Shown: one piece after another, positions 28,187 through 36,958 of the stretch
Numbering within the stretch: position 1 is the first letter of the stretch
How the letters are laid out: the number at the start of each line of letters is the position of its first letter
Origin: Bacteroidota bacterium
GTDB taxonomy: Bacteria > Bacteroidota > Bacteroidia > Flavobacteriales > Flavobacteriaceae
Assembly: GCA_018335575.1 (NCBI GenBank)
Contig: JAGXRT010000034.1
Span: forward strand, 8,040-72,039
Length of the DNA stretch: 64,000 bases
Reading direction: 5' to 3'
Notes under the pieces: generated by a model
Database searches by the model: none
What the model was told of the DNA's origin: nothing
The model's input: the letters and a program-made list of their open reading frames with translations, nothing else
Translations under genes and position numbers: made by a program

Positions 28187-29245
28187 TTATTGTACAAAAC
28201 TTCTTCTAAAGCCTCCTTCGGCAAAAAGTGTTCTCATTCTGTCATTTTGACCTAGAGTAAACATGTACATGCAATTATCATACGTGTAATCCATATAATT
28301 CATGGTCATATCTGCAGATTGACAATTGATGGTAGGATAAGCTGGGCATCCGTAATTTGGTCCGTCAGAACTTGGAGTATCTGCTACAAAATCATCTTGG
28401 CGACATCTGCCATCTCCCCAAATGTGACGTAAATTTAACCAATGTCCTACTTCATGAGTTGCAGTTCTACCATGACCATAGACTCCTCCTGCAGTATTTT
28501 CTCCAAAATAATCAGAGCCTATAACTACTCCGTCAGTAGCTAAAGTACCACCAGGGAATTGAGCATAACCCAAAATACCTCCGCCAATTTCACATACCCA
28601 AATATTTAAATATTTTGTTGGGTCTGTAGCATTTATGCCCCCTTGGCTTTCATATTTCATAGCATCGTTGGTGCCCCAAGAAGTTTTTGTAGACGTCTTT
28701 CTATTAACCCCTGCAAGTGTAAACGTAATGTTTGCATTTGCAACTAAGCTTGCAAATTCTGTAGGTACCGTTACAGTTCTACTATTGTTGTTGTTGAAGT
28801 CATCATTTAATATCGCAATTTGTGAATTGATATGGGCTTGTGTTACCGGATGAGCAGGGTCTTCAAGAATATTTACGATAACAGGAATGGTTACAGTTCC
28901 TGTATAAGGTGTTGGAGGAGGAGGTGTTTCTCCACCGCCTGGTTTTCCTTTATTTACAGACCCTTTATTTGCAATTAGTGTACGCGTATGTTTTTCAATA
29001 TTGTACATTCGATGTTCAAGACTAGGATCTTCTTTTAACTGTTGATTTAAGACTTTCATTGTGTAGCATTTATCTGCCTTTGCGTCTTCAGTTGTTCTGG
29101 CATTAGGTATGTCTTCAGTATAAACATAAAAATCACTCATATTAATTTCGATGGATTCTTGTTTAGAAGCAATGTCCTCTACATTTTGTTCACAAGCAAT
29201 AAATAAAAAAGATAATGTGAAAAAGGTGAAAATAAATTTTTTCAT
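28187..29245 (-). CDS. M43-family (pappalysin/ulilysin-like) zinc metalloprotease lipoprotein
   Basis: Lipobox LFIAC, the zinc site HEVGHWLNLRHIWGD, and a Cys-rich C-terminus with the Met-turn region NYMDY. Confidence 0.85.
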   Translation of the reverse strand: MKKFIFTFFTLSFLFIACEQNVEDIASKQESIEINMSDFYVYTEDIPNARTTEDAKADKCYTMKVLNQQLKEDPSLEHRMYNIEKHTRTLIANKGSVNKGKPGGGETPPPPTPYTGTVTIPVIVNILEDPAHPVTQAHINSQIAILNDDFNNNNSRTVTVPTEFASLVANANITFTLAGVNRKTSTKTSWGTNDAMKYESQGGINATDPTKYLNIWVCEIGGGILGYAQFPGGTLATDGVVIGSDYFGENTAGGVYGHGRTATHEVGHWLNLRHIWGDGRCRQDDFVADTPSSDGPNYGCPAYPTINCQSADMTMNYMDYTYDNCMYMFTLGQNDRMRTLFAEGGFRRSFVQ

Positions 29246-29256
29246 AAAGTTTTAAA

Positions 29257-29328
29257 TTAATTAGTTAATACGTTTTATTGAGAAAAACGAATGTAAAAAA
29301 ATATTTTAACAAATTATTAACTAATTAA
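29257..29328. repeat. Perfect 14-bp inverted repeat separated by 44 nt in the sufS / M43 spacer
   Basis: TTAATTAGTTAATA (29257-29270) is the exact reverse complement of TATTAACTAATTAA (29315-29328). Confidence 0.9.
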
Positions 29329-29413
29329 AAAAAATACTCAAAAAATATGAAAATATAATAAAACAGAAATACGCATAAATAAAAACACAATAAATACTTG
29401 AAATAATTGTGAA

Positions 29414-30628
29414 TTATTTAAGCATAATTTGTGCTCTTTTAATGGCTTTTATTAGTTCGTCTATTTCTTCTTTTGTATTGTAAAAAGCAAAGGAAGCCCT
29501 GATAGTCCCAGGAATTTGATAAAAGTCCATTATTGGCTGAGTGCAATGGTGACCGGTTCTGACTGCGATGCCCAGTTTGTCGATTATTGAACCTATATCG
29601 TAAGGATGAATATCTCCAATATTAAAGGCAATAACACTGGTTTTGTGGTTGGCTGTACCATAAAACTTAATACCATCAATTTCACTTAATTTTTGAGTGG
29701 CGTAGTGTAGTAATTCGTTTTCATAAGCTGCAATATTATCAAGGCCGATAGAATTAATATAATCGATGGCGGAAGCAAAAACAATTCCTCCTTCAATATT
29801 CGGAGTGCCTGCTTCAAATTTAAAAGGCAATTCGGCATAGGTTGTTTTATCAAAAGTAACAGTGGCAATCATTTCACCTCCTCCTTGATATGGAGGTAAC
29901 TTTTTTAACCATTCTTCTTTACCGTACAAAAAACCAACACCGGTTGGGCCATACATTTTATGAGCCGATGAACAATAAAAATCACAGTTAAGTTTTTGTA
30001 CATCGATTTTAAGATGCGCTGTTGCCTGAGCACCGTCAATTAAAACTGCAGCACCTTTAGCATGTGCTTTTTCAATTATTTCTTCAATTGGATTTATGGT
30101 TCCTAATGAATTAGAAATGTGATTAATGGCTACAACTTTGGTGTTGTTGGTCAATAATTTTTCATAGGCATCCATTAAAAGTTCCCCCTTTTCATTTATC
30201 GGAATCACTTTTAATACAGCTCCAGTTTTTTCACATGCCAATTGCCAAGGCACAATATTTGAATGATGTTCTAAATGCGAAATAATTATTTCATCGCCTT
30301 TTTTTAACAATTGAGAAAACCCATGAGCAACCAAGTTAATGCTTTCTGTAGTACCCCGAGTAAAAATGATTTCATGAGAATGTTTTGCATTTACAAAATG
30401 CTGAATTTTTTGTCGCGATAATTCATAGGCATCAGTGGCCTTTTGACTCAACGTATGAACGCCTCTGTGGATATTAGAGTTAATGGTATTGTAATAAGCT
30501 GCTATGGCATCAACAACAACCCTTGGCTTTTGAGAAGTTGCAGCATTATCAAAATATATTAATGGTTTTCCGTTTACTTGCTGATTAAGAATAGGAAAAT
30601 CGGCTCTAATTGCCTCGAGATCTAACAT
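29414..30628 (-). CDS. sufS: Cysteine desulfurase, SufS type
   Basis: FDNAATSQKP, PLP-lysine context SSAHKMYGPTGVG, and catalytic Cys context RTGHHCTQP. It is the last gene of the suf operon. Confidence 0.93.
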   Translation of the reverse strand: MLDLEAIRADFPILNQQVNGKPLIYFDNAATSQKPRVVVDAIAAYYNTINSNIHRGVHTLSQKATDAYELSRQKIQHFVNAKHSHEIIFTRGTTESINLVAHGFSQLLKKGDEIIISHLEHHSNIVPWQLACEKTGAVLKVIPINEKGELLMDAYEKLLTNNTKVVAINHISNSLGTINPIEEIIEKAHAKGAAVLIDGAQATAHLKIDVQKLNCDFYCSSAHKMYGPTGVGFLYGKEEWLKKLPPYQGGGEMIATVTFDKTTYAELPFKFEAGTPNIEGGIVFASAIDYINSIGLDNIAAYENELLHYATQKLSEIDGIKFYGTANHKTSVIAFNIGDIHPYDIGSIIDKLGIAVRTGHHCTQPIMDFYQIPGTIRASFAFYNTKEEIDELIKAIKRAQIMLK

Positions 30629-30639
30629 AAAATTGTAGT

Positions 30640-31959
30640 TTATAAATCCATTCCCAAATCTACGTGTAATTTTCGAGCTATTATGTTTGTAATACGTTCT
30701 TTTAAGGCCGGAATTTTTATTTTCTCAATGACTTCATTTCCAAACGCAAACAACATCAACGCTCTTGCTTCTTTTTCTGGAATTCCTCTGGAACGTAGGT
30801 AAAATAATGCTTTTTCGTCTAACTGACCAATGGTACATCCATGCGAACATTTTACATCATCTGCAAATATTTCTAATTGCGGTTTAGTGTTAATAGTAGC
30901 GGTGTCATCAATTAGCATATTATTATTTTGCTGGAATGCATTGGTTTTTTGAGCTTCTTTGTTTACGATAATTTTACCGTTAAATACTCCTGTTGAAGCA
31001 TCAGAAAACAAACCTTTGTAATTTTCATGACTCTCACAATTTGGTTTTTTGTGATGTACCAAGGTGTGATGGTCTACAAATTGTTCTGTTCCAATTAGGG
31101 TAAATCCATTTAAATTGGAGGTAATGCGTTCATCTTCCTGGTAAAACTCAAGGTTATTGCGGGTAAATTTTCCGCCAAATGAAAAGGTATTAACCGAAAC
31201 AACGCTTTCTTTTTGTTGAGAGATAAACGTATTATCAATTAAAGAAGCAGAATCTAAATCGTTTTGGATTTTATAATAATCGGCAATGCCTCTTTTATGC
31301 GCAAAAATTTCGGTTACCGTATTGGTTAATACCGTATTTTGTTTTACACTTTGATGGCGCTCAATTATCTGAACATGTGAGTTTTCTCCAACAATAATCA
31401 AATTTCGTGGCTGCAGCATTAGTTCGGCATCATCACCTGTATTAAAATAGATAATTTCAATAGGTTTTGATACGATACAATTTTTTGGAATATTGATAAA
31501 GGCTCCTTCTTTTGCAAATGAGGTATTTAAATTGGCAAAATGCAAACTTTTATTGATGATTTTATTAAAATAAAAATCAACAATCATCTTGTACTTTGGT
31601 TTAGAAAAGGCCGATGACATAACGCAGATATCCATTCCTTCATGAGTGGCATTTGATAGCAACGAATTATAAACACCGTTTACAAAAACCAACTTATAGG
31701 TATCAATTTCGTGAATAAAATATTTTTTCACCTCATTGATATCGATGGTTGAATCTGCGTTACTGGGTAAGATTTTATAATCGGGCTTTAAAACATCACG
31801 TAATGAAGTGTATCTCCAATCTTCTTCTTTTTTAGACGGAAAACCATGCTGTTCAAATGCATTAAACGCTTCCGACCGTATTTGATGAAAATTCGCATCG
31901 GTTTTTGAGCTGTTTTCAAAAGCTAAAAAAGAGGATAGTATTTTTTCTTTTAATTCCAT
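30640..31959 (-). CDS. sufD: Fe-S cluster assembly protein SufD
   Basis: The length, its position between sufC and sufS, and the C-terminal block LEIFADDVKCSHGCTIGQLDEKALFYLRSRGI fit SufD. Confidence 0.9.
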   Translation of the reverse strand: MELKEKILSSFLAFENSSKTDANFHQIRSEAFNAFEQHGFPSKKEEDWRYTSLRDVLKPDYKILPSNADSTIDINEVKKYFIHEIDTYKLVFVNGVYNSLLSNATHEGMDICVMSSAFSKPKYKMIVDFYFNKIINKSLHFANLNTSFAKEGAFINIPKNCIVSKPIEIIYFNTGDDAELMLQPRNLIIVGENSHVQIIERHQSVKQNTVLTNTVTEIFAHKRGIADYYKIQNDLDSASLIDNTFISQQKESVVSVNTFSFGGKFTRNNLEFYQEDERITSNLNGFTLIGTEQFVDHHTLVHHKKPNCESHENYKGLFSDASTGVFNGKIIVNKEAQKTNAFQQNNNMLIDDTATINTKPQLEIFADDVKCSHGCTIGQLDEKALFYLRSRGIPEKEARALMLFAFGNEVIEKIKIPALKERITNIIARKLHVDLGMDL

Positions 31960-31963
31960 GTGT

Positions 31964-32701
31964 TTATTTTAACCAGTCGTATCCTTTTTCTTCTAATTCG
32001 TATGCCAATTCTTTCCCGCCAGATTTAACAATTTTGCCGTTGTATAAAACGTGAACATAATCGGGTACGATATAATCTAACAAACGTTGGTAATGCGTAA
32101 TTAATAATACTGCATTGTTTTCATTTTTCAATTTGTTTACACCGTTTGCAACAATTTTTAAGGCATCGATATCTAAACCAGAATCGGTTTCGTCTAAAAT
32201 GGCCAATTTAGGTTCGAGCATGGCCATTTGAAATATTTCATTTCTTTTTTTCTCACCGCCCGAAAAGCCTTCGTTTAATGAGCGCGATAAGAAATTACGA
32301 TCAATTTCTAGCAACTCCGCTTTATCGCGAATAAGTTTTAGCATGTCTTTAGCGGGCATTTCCTCTAAACCTTGAGCTTTTCTGGTTTCGTTTAAAGAGG
32401 TTTTTATGAAGTTTGTTACGGTTACCCCTGGAATTTCTACCGGATATTGAAACGATAAAAATACGCCTTTATGAGCTCGTTCTTCAGGAGCCAGCTCAAG
32501 GATGCTTTCGTTTTCAAAGATAACATCACCCTCGGTTACTTCGTAGGTTTCATTTCCTGCAATAACAGAAGATAGTGTGCTTTTTCCCGAACCGTTTGGC
32601 CCCATAATGGCGTGTACTTCTCCTTTTTTTATTTCCAAATTAATCCCTTTAAGGATATCTTTTGAGTCTATTCCTGCGTGTAAATTGTTTATTTTTAACA
32701 T
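31964..32701 (-). CDS. sufC: Fe-S cluster assembly ATPase SufC
   Basis: Walker A GPNGSGKST, ABC signature FSGGEKKR, and Walker B LAILDETDSGLD. Confidence 0.95.
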   Translation of the reverse strand: MLKINNLHAGIDSKDILKGINLEIKKGEVHAIMGPNGSGKSTLSSVIAGNETYEVTEGDVIFENESILELAPEERAHKGVFLSFQYPVEIPGVTVTNFIKTSLNETRKAQGLEEMPAKDMLKLIRDKAELLEIDRNFLSRSLNEGFSGGEKKRNEIFQMAMLEPKLAILDETDSGLDIDALKIVANGVNKLKNENNAVLLITHYQRLLDYIVPDYVHVLYNGKIVKSGGKELAYELEEKGYDWLK

Positions 32702-32711
32702 TGTTCTTGGT

Positions 32712-33200
32712 TTATATAAATGCTAATGTTGCTTTTGTTGTTTCAAGTTGATTATCGGCATTAAAGTGATGCTGACCGATATAATTCATTCCTAAATAGG
32801 CAGCCGATTTTATAAATGGCAAGTAAAATTCGTCGTCTATTTGGCTGTCGTGTGAGTTTGATAAAACAGCCATTTTTTTACCTCTAAATTTTCTTCCTGT
32901 TTCTTTTTCAATACGTATTAAATCAGAAAAACGATCGAAGAAAACTTTCATGATACCGCTCATGCTATACCAGTAAACCGGCGTAGCAAAAATTAACGTA
33001 TCGTATTTGTCGATAATTTTTTGGATTAACGGTAAAAAGTCATCGTCAAGATTGTTGCTTTCATAATCGTAATAGGTAAATGTATAATCGCTCAAGTTAA
33101 TTAAATCAAAGTTGTATTTTGATGCAATTTCATTTGCGATTCTGTTGGTGTTACCTAATACTCTTGATGAGCCTACTATAATTACTGTTTTGTTTTCCAT
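32712..33200 (-). CDS. Flavodoxin-fold NAD(P)H-dependent FMN reductase-like protein embedded in suf operon
   Basis: VIIVGSSRVLGNTNR and TPVYWYSMSGIMKVFFDR are typical of the FMN_red/flavodoxin-like fold. ATG 33200 lies 1 nt after the sufB stop, and the ORF-track GTG 33212 would overlap sufB. Confidence 0.75.
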   Translation of the reverse strand: MENKTVIIVGSSRVLGNTNRIANEIASKYNFDLINLSDYTFTYYDYESNNLDDDFLPLIQKIIDKYDTLIFATPVYWYSMSGIMKVFFDRFSDLIRIEKETGRKFRGKKMAVLSNSHDSQIDDEFYLPFIKSAAYLGMNYIGQHHFNADNQLETTKATLAFI

Positions 33201-33201
33201 T

Positions 33202-34650
33202 TTATCCAACACTTCCCTCTAACGATATTTCTAATAATTTTTGAGCTTCCACAGCAAACTCCATCGGTAATTTATTAAGTACTTCTTTACTAAATCCGTT
33301 TACAATTAACGCAATTGCTTTTTCAGTATCAATTCCTCGCTGATTGCAATAAAAAAGTTGGTCTTCACCAATTTTTGAAGTAGTTGCTTCGTGTTCTATT
33401 TTGGCGGTATTATTCTTTGCTTCGATATACGGAAATGTATGAGCGCCACAATTATTTCCCATTAATAAAGAGTCGCATTGTGAAAAATTTCGGGCTCCGG
33501 TTGCTTTAGAACCAACTCTTACAAGACCTCTATAGCTATTTTGTGATTTTCCGGCAGAAATACCTTTAGAGATAATAGTACTTTTGGTGTTTTTACCAAT
33601 GTGAATCATTTTGGTACCAGTATCGGCTTGCTGAAAATGATTGGTCACCGCAATTGAGTAAAACTCTCCAACCGAATTATCGCCTTTTAACACGCAACTT
33701 GGATATTTCCAAGTAACGGCACTTCCGGTTTCTACTTGTGTCCAAGAAATTTTTGCATTGGTTTCGCAAATCCCTCTTTTGGTTACAAAATTAAATACGC
33801 CACCTTTTCCTTCTTTATCACCAGGGAACCAGTTCTGAACAGTTGAGTATTTAATCTCAGCATCATCAAGTGCAATTAGTTCGACAACAGCAGCATGTAA
33901 TTGATTTTCATCGCGTTGTGGAGCCGTACATCCTTCTAAATAACTAACATAACTGCCTTGGTCGGCAATTACAAGGGTTCGTTCAAACTGACCTGTTCCT
34001 CCTTCATTAATTCTAAAATAAGTTGATAATTCCATGGGGCATTTAACCCCTTTTGGTATGTAACAGAACGAACCATCAGAAAATACAGCAGAATTTAATG
34101 CGGCGTAAAAATTGTCGGTTTTAGGAACTACAGACCCCAAGTATTTTTTAACAAGTTCTGGATGTTCTTGAATTGCTTCTGAAATAGGACAAAAAATGAT
34201 TCCTTTTTCGGCTAAAGTTTTCTTAAAGGTAGTAGCAACAGAAACGGAATCCATTACGATATCAACAGCCACATTGGCTAATCGTTTTTGCTCATCTAAT
34301 GAAATTCCAAGTTTTTTGAACGTTTCCAGTAATTCAGGATCCACTTCATCTAAACTGTTGAGTTTTGGTTTCTGTTTTGGAGCCGAATAGTAACTAATCT
34401 CGTTAAATTTTGGTTTTTCGTAGGTAACATTAGCCCATTCTGGTTCTTCCATTTGCTGCCAAATTCGATAAGCATCGATACGCCAATTGGTCATCCATTC
34501 GGGTTCATTTTTCTTCTTAGAAATGGCTCTGACGATATCTTCATTTAATCCTGCAGGAAATTTATCCGCTTCAATATCGGTATAAAAACCATAGGCATAC
34601 TCTTTGGTTTCGAGTTCTTTCTTTAAATCGTCTTCGGTATATTTGTTCAT
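33202..34650 (-). CDS. sufB: Fe-S cluster assembly scaffold SufB
   Basis: 482 aa with conserved blocks [27 protein letters not shown], and [16 protein letters not shown]. Confidence 0.95.
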   Translation of the reverse strand: MNKYTEDDLKKELETKEYAYGFYTDIEADKFPAGLNEDIVRAISKKKNEPEWMTNWRIDAYRIWQQMEEPEWANVTYEKPKFNEISYYSAPKQKPKLNSLDEVDPELLETFKKLGISLDEQKRLANVAVDIVMDSVSVATTFKKTLAEKGIIFCPISEAIQEHPELVKKYLGSVVPKTDNFYAALNSAVFSDGSFCYIPKGVKCPMELSTYFRINEGGTGQFERTLVIADQGSYVSYLEGCTAPQRDENQLHAAVVELIALDDAEIKYSTVQNWFPGDKEGKGGVFNFVTKRGICETNAKISWTQVETGSAVTWKYPSCVLKGDNSVGEFYSIAVTNHFQQADTGTKMIHIGKNTKSTIISKGISAGKSQNSYRGLVRVGSKATGARNFSQCDSLLMGNNCGAHTFPYIEAKNNTAKIEHEATTSKIGEDQLFYCNQRGIDTEKAIALIVNGFSKEVLNKLPMEFAVEAQKLLEISLEGSVG

Positions 34651-34677
34651 GTTGTTGTAAATGTTATAAACTTAGTT

Positions 34678-35007
34678 TTAAAGCGAAAAACTTTCGCCAC
34701 AACCACAAGTTCTGTTTGCGTTTGGATTGTTAAAATACAAGCCCTTACCATTTAATCCGCCTGAAAAATCAAGCGTAGTCCCTACAATGTATAAAAAGCT
34801 TTTTTTGTCAACTACGATTTTTATACCGTTGTCTTCAATCAATTTATCTCCTTCTTGCTGTTGCTCATCAAAAGATAAATTGTACATTAAACCAGAGCAG
34901 CCGCCACTTTGTACTCCTACTCTTACAAATGATGTAGCCGGACTTTTTCCGTCTTCTCTCATCATCTCAACAATTTTCTTTTGTGCTATTTCAGATACTT
35001 TTATCAT
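34678..35007 (-). CDS. sufA: A-type Fe-S cluster carrier (HesB/IscA/SufA family)
   Basis: 109 aa with GGCSG and the C-terminal CGCGESF Cys ligands. It is the first gene of the suf operon. Confidence 0.88.
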   Translation of the reverse strand: MIKVSEIAQKKIVEMMREDGKSPATSFVRVGVQSGGCSGLMYNLSFDEQQQEGDKLIEDNGIKIVVDKKSFLYIVGTTLDFSGGLNGKGLYFNNPNANRTCGCGESFSL

Positions 35008-35014
35008 ATTAATA

Positions 35015-35032
35015 TAGATTCATTCTAAATAA
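35015..35032. promoter_or_regulatory. Copy A of recurring 18-nt motif (TAGATTCATTCTAAATAA) in suf promoter/leader
   Basis: It matches copy C at 17 of 18 positions. It lies 8-25 nt upstream of the sufA ATG and just downstream of a minus-strand -7 box. Confidence 0.6.
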
Positions 35033-35035
35033 GGG

Positions 35036-35043
35036 CAAAGGTA
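35036..35043 (-). promoter_or_regulatory. -7 box (TACCTTTG on minus strand) for suf operon
   Basis: CAAAGGTA on the plus strand equals TAnnTTTG on the minus strand, 29 nt upstream of the sufA ATG. Confidence 0.45.
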
Positions 35044-35117
35044 CTAACTTTTTACCTTAATTTCAATCTCATATATATATAAAATTGATTCTTGAATTGT
35101 AATAATCAATAAAGCAT

Positions 35118-35125
35118 TATTTTTG
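35118..35125 (+). promoter_or_regulatory. -7 box (TATTTTTG) for thiL, only 4 nt from the ATG
   Basis: A TAnnTTTG match ends 4 nt before ATG 35130. This would imply a leaderless or near-leaderless mRNA. Confidence 0.35.
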
Positions 35126-35129
35126 CACT

Positions 35130-36176
35130 ATGATAGAAGATAAAAGCTCAAAAAGCACTAGTATTTCCGAATTGGGAGAATTTGGATTGATTGACCACAT
35201 AACTAAAAACTTTAAAATAATACATGCATCTACCCTTAAAGGTGTTGGTGATGATGCTGCCATTTTAGATTTTAAAAATCAGCAAGTCGTTGTAACTACC
35301 GATTTATTAGTCGAAAATGTTCACTTCGATTTAAGTTATATGCCCTTAAAACATTTGGGTTACAAAGCGGCTGTTGTTAATATTTCGGATGTTTGCGCCA
35401 TGAATGCAACTGCAACACAACTAACCGTATCAATAGCAATTTCTAACAGATTTCCGCTTGAAGCCATTGAAGAATTTTACGAAGGACTTAAAGCAGCTTG
35501 TGAAACGTACCAGGTTGATTTAGTTGGAGGCGATACTACCAGCTCTGCCAAAGGAATGCTGATAAGCATTACAGCTATTGGAGTGTTAAATCATGACGAG
35601 GCTGTATTGAGAAGCGGAGCCAAACCAAATGATTTACTGGTAGTTACTGGCGATTTAGGGGCTTCGTATCTTGGGTTGCAAGTGTTAGAACGCGAAAAAC
35701 AAGTTTTTTTAGTGAATCCAAATTCACAACCCGATTTAACGCGTTACGATTATTTGGTAGAGCGCCATTTAAAACCTGAGGCCAGAAAAGATATCATAAA
35801 ACTATTTAAAAATTTAGAACTTAAACCTACAGCCATGATCGATATTTCTGACGGTTTATCATCGGAAATTTTACATATTTGTAAACAATCGAATGTGGGA
35901 TGTAAATTGTATGAAGAAAAAATTCCGCTTGATCAACAGGTAATTACAACTTGTGAAGAATTTAACATCAACAGTACAACAGTTGCTTTAAGTGGTGGCG
36001 AAGATTATGAATTATTATTTACAATTGCTCAAGCAGACTTTGATAAAATTAAAGGAAATCCGAGCATGACCGTTATTGGTTACATGACAGAACCCAATGA
36101 AGGGGTTCATTTAGTTACACGCGCTAATCAACAAATAGAACTTACTGCACAAGGTTGGAATTCGTTTAAACATTAG
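35130..36176 (+). CDS. thiL: Thiamine-monophosphate kinase
   Basis: AIR-synthase-like fold motifs GVGDDAAIL, DLLVENVHF, and GGDTTSS. Confidence 0.9.
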   Translation: MIEDKSSKSTSISELGEFGLIDHITKNFKIIHASTLKGVGDDAAILDFKNQQVVVTTDLLVENVHFDLSYMPLKHLGYKAAVVNISDVCAMNATATQLTVSIAISNRFPLEAIEEFYEGLKAACETYQVDLVGGDTTSSAKGMLISITAIGVLNHDEAVLRSGAKPNDLLVVTGDLGASYLGLQVLEREKQVFLVNPNSQPDLTRYDYLVERHLKPEARKDIIKLFKNLELKPTAMIDISDGLSSEILHICKQSNVGCKLYEEKIPLDQQVITTCEEFNINSTTVALSGGEDYELLFTIAQADFDKIKGNPSMTVIGYMTEPNEGVHLVTRANQQIELTAQGWNSFKH

Positions 36177-36956
36177 TTAAAGCTCTAAAGCTTCTATTAT
36201 ATCTTCATGCTTAAACTTGTAGTTTAAGCTTTTTTTTATTTTATCATTACTGATTATTTTAAAGGAAATCGGTTCATTTTCAATAAAATTTGGAGCAGGT
36301 TTTCCTACTATTTCAGTCGCTTTTGTGTAAAACATTCGTTTGGTTGGATGTAAATCGGCACAAGCATTATAAGTTTGATTCCAGCTGTTTTTGTCAATTA
36401 TCTGATATATTATTTCAATACAATCATCTAAATGAATCATGTTTACATGAGCATCGGGTTGTGAAACTTTGTATCCGGCACTAAAAAAATTACCTGGTTT
36501 TCTTCGGCCACCAAATAATCCGCCAAATCGTAAAATAGTAGTGTCAACTTTTTGAATTGCAGTAAACAAGTCTTCAATTTCAAGCAAGGGACTATCAGAA
36601 TAACTATCTAAAGTATGTTCAAAAATTAATGAATTATTGTCTTTATAAACTGACGTTGAGCTGACAAACAACACCTTTTTAATGTTAGATCCTTCTATAA
36701 TATTTGTCAATGATTTAAATCCGATATAATCTTTTGAAGGTATGTTTACTATTAAAATATCAGTATCAAAAAATGAAAAATCGGCCTCAGATAAATTGTC
36801 TAAACGCATTAAATAAGGAGTAATACCCTTTTCTTTCAGCGAAGCAATTTTATCAACAGTAGTAGTTGAGCCCTTAATAGTAAAGCCTTTGCTAAGCAGG
36901 TATTCGGCCAGCGGTTCGCCCAGCCATCCACATCCAAAAATGCTTATAGTTTGCAT
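36177..36956 (-). CDS. NAD(P)-binding Rossmann-fold protein (atypical SDR/epimerase-like)
   Basis: N-terminal ISIFGCGWLG dinucleotide-binding motif. 259 aa. Confidence 0.7.
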   Translation of the reverse strand: MQTISIFGCGWLGEPLAEYLLSKGFTIKGSTTTVDKIASLKEKGITPYLMRLDNLSEADFSFFDTDILIVNIPSKDYIGFKSLTNIIEGSNIKKVLFVSSTSVYKDNNSLIFEHTLDSYSDSPLLEIEDLFTAIQKVDTTILRFGGLFGGRRKPGNFFSAGYKVSQPDAHVNMIHLDDCIEIIYQIIDKNSWNQTYNACADLHPTKRMFYTKATEIVGKPAPNFIENEPISFKIISNDKIKKSLNYKFKHEDIIEALEL

Positions 36957-36958
36957 AG

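Noticed and set aside
28187-29413. M43 protease gene as a horizontally acquired islet, given its flanking strong terminator and AT-rich spacer with inverted repeat
   Set aside because: There is no integrase, no direct repeats flanking the gene and no obvious compositional break by eye. The inverted repeat lies on one side only.
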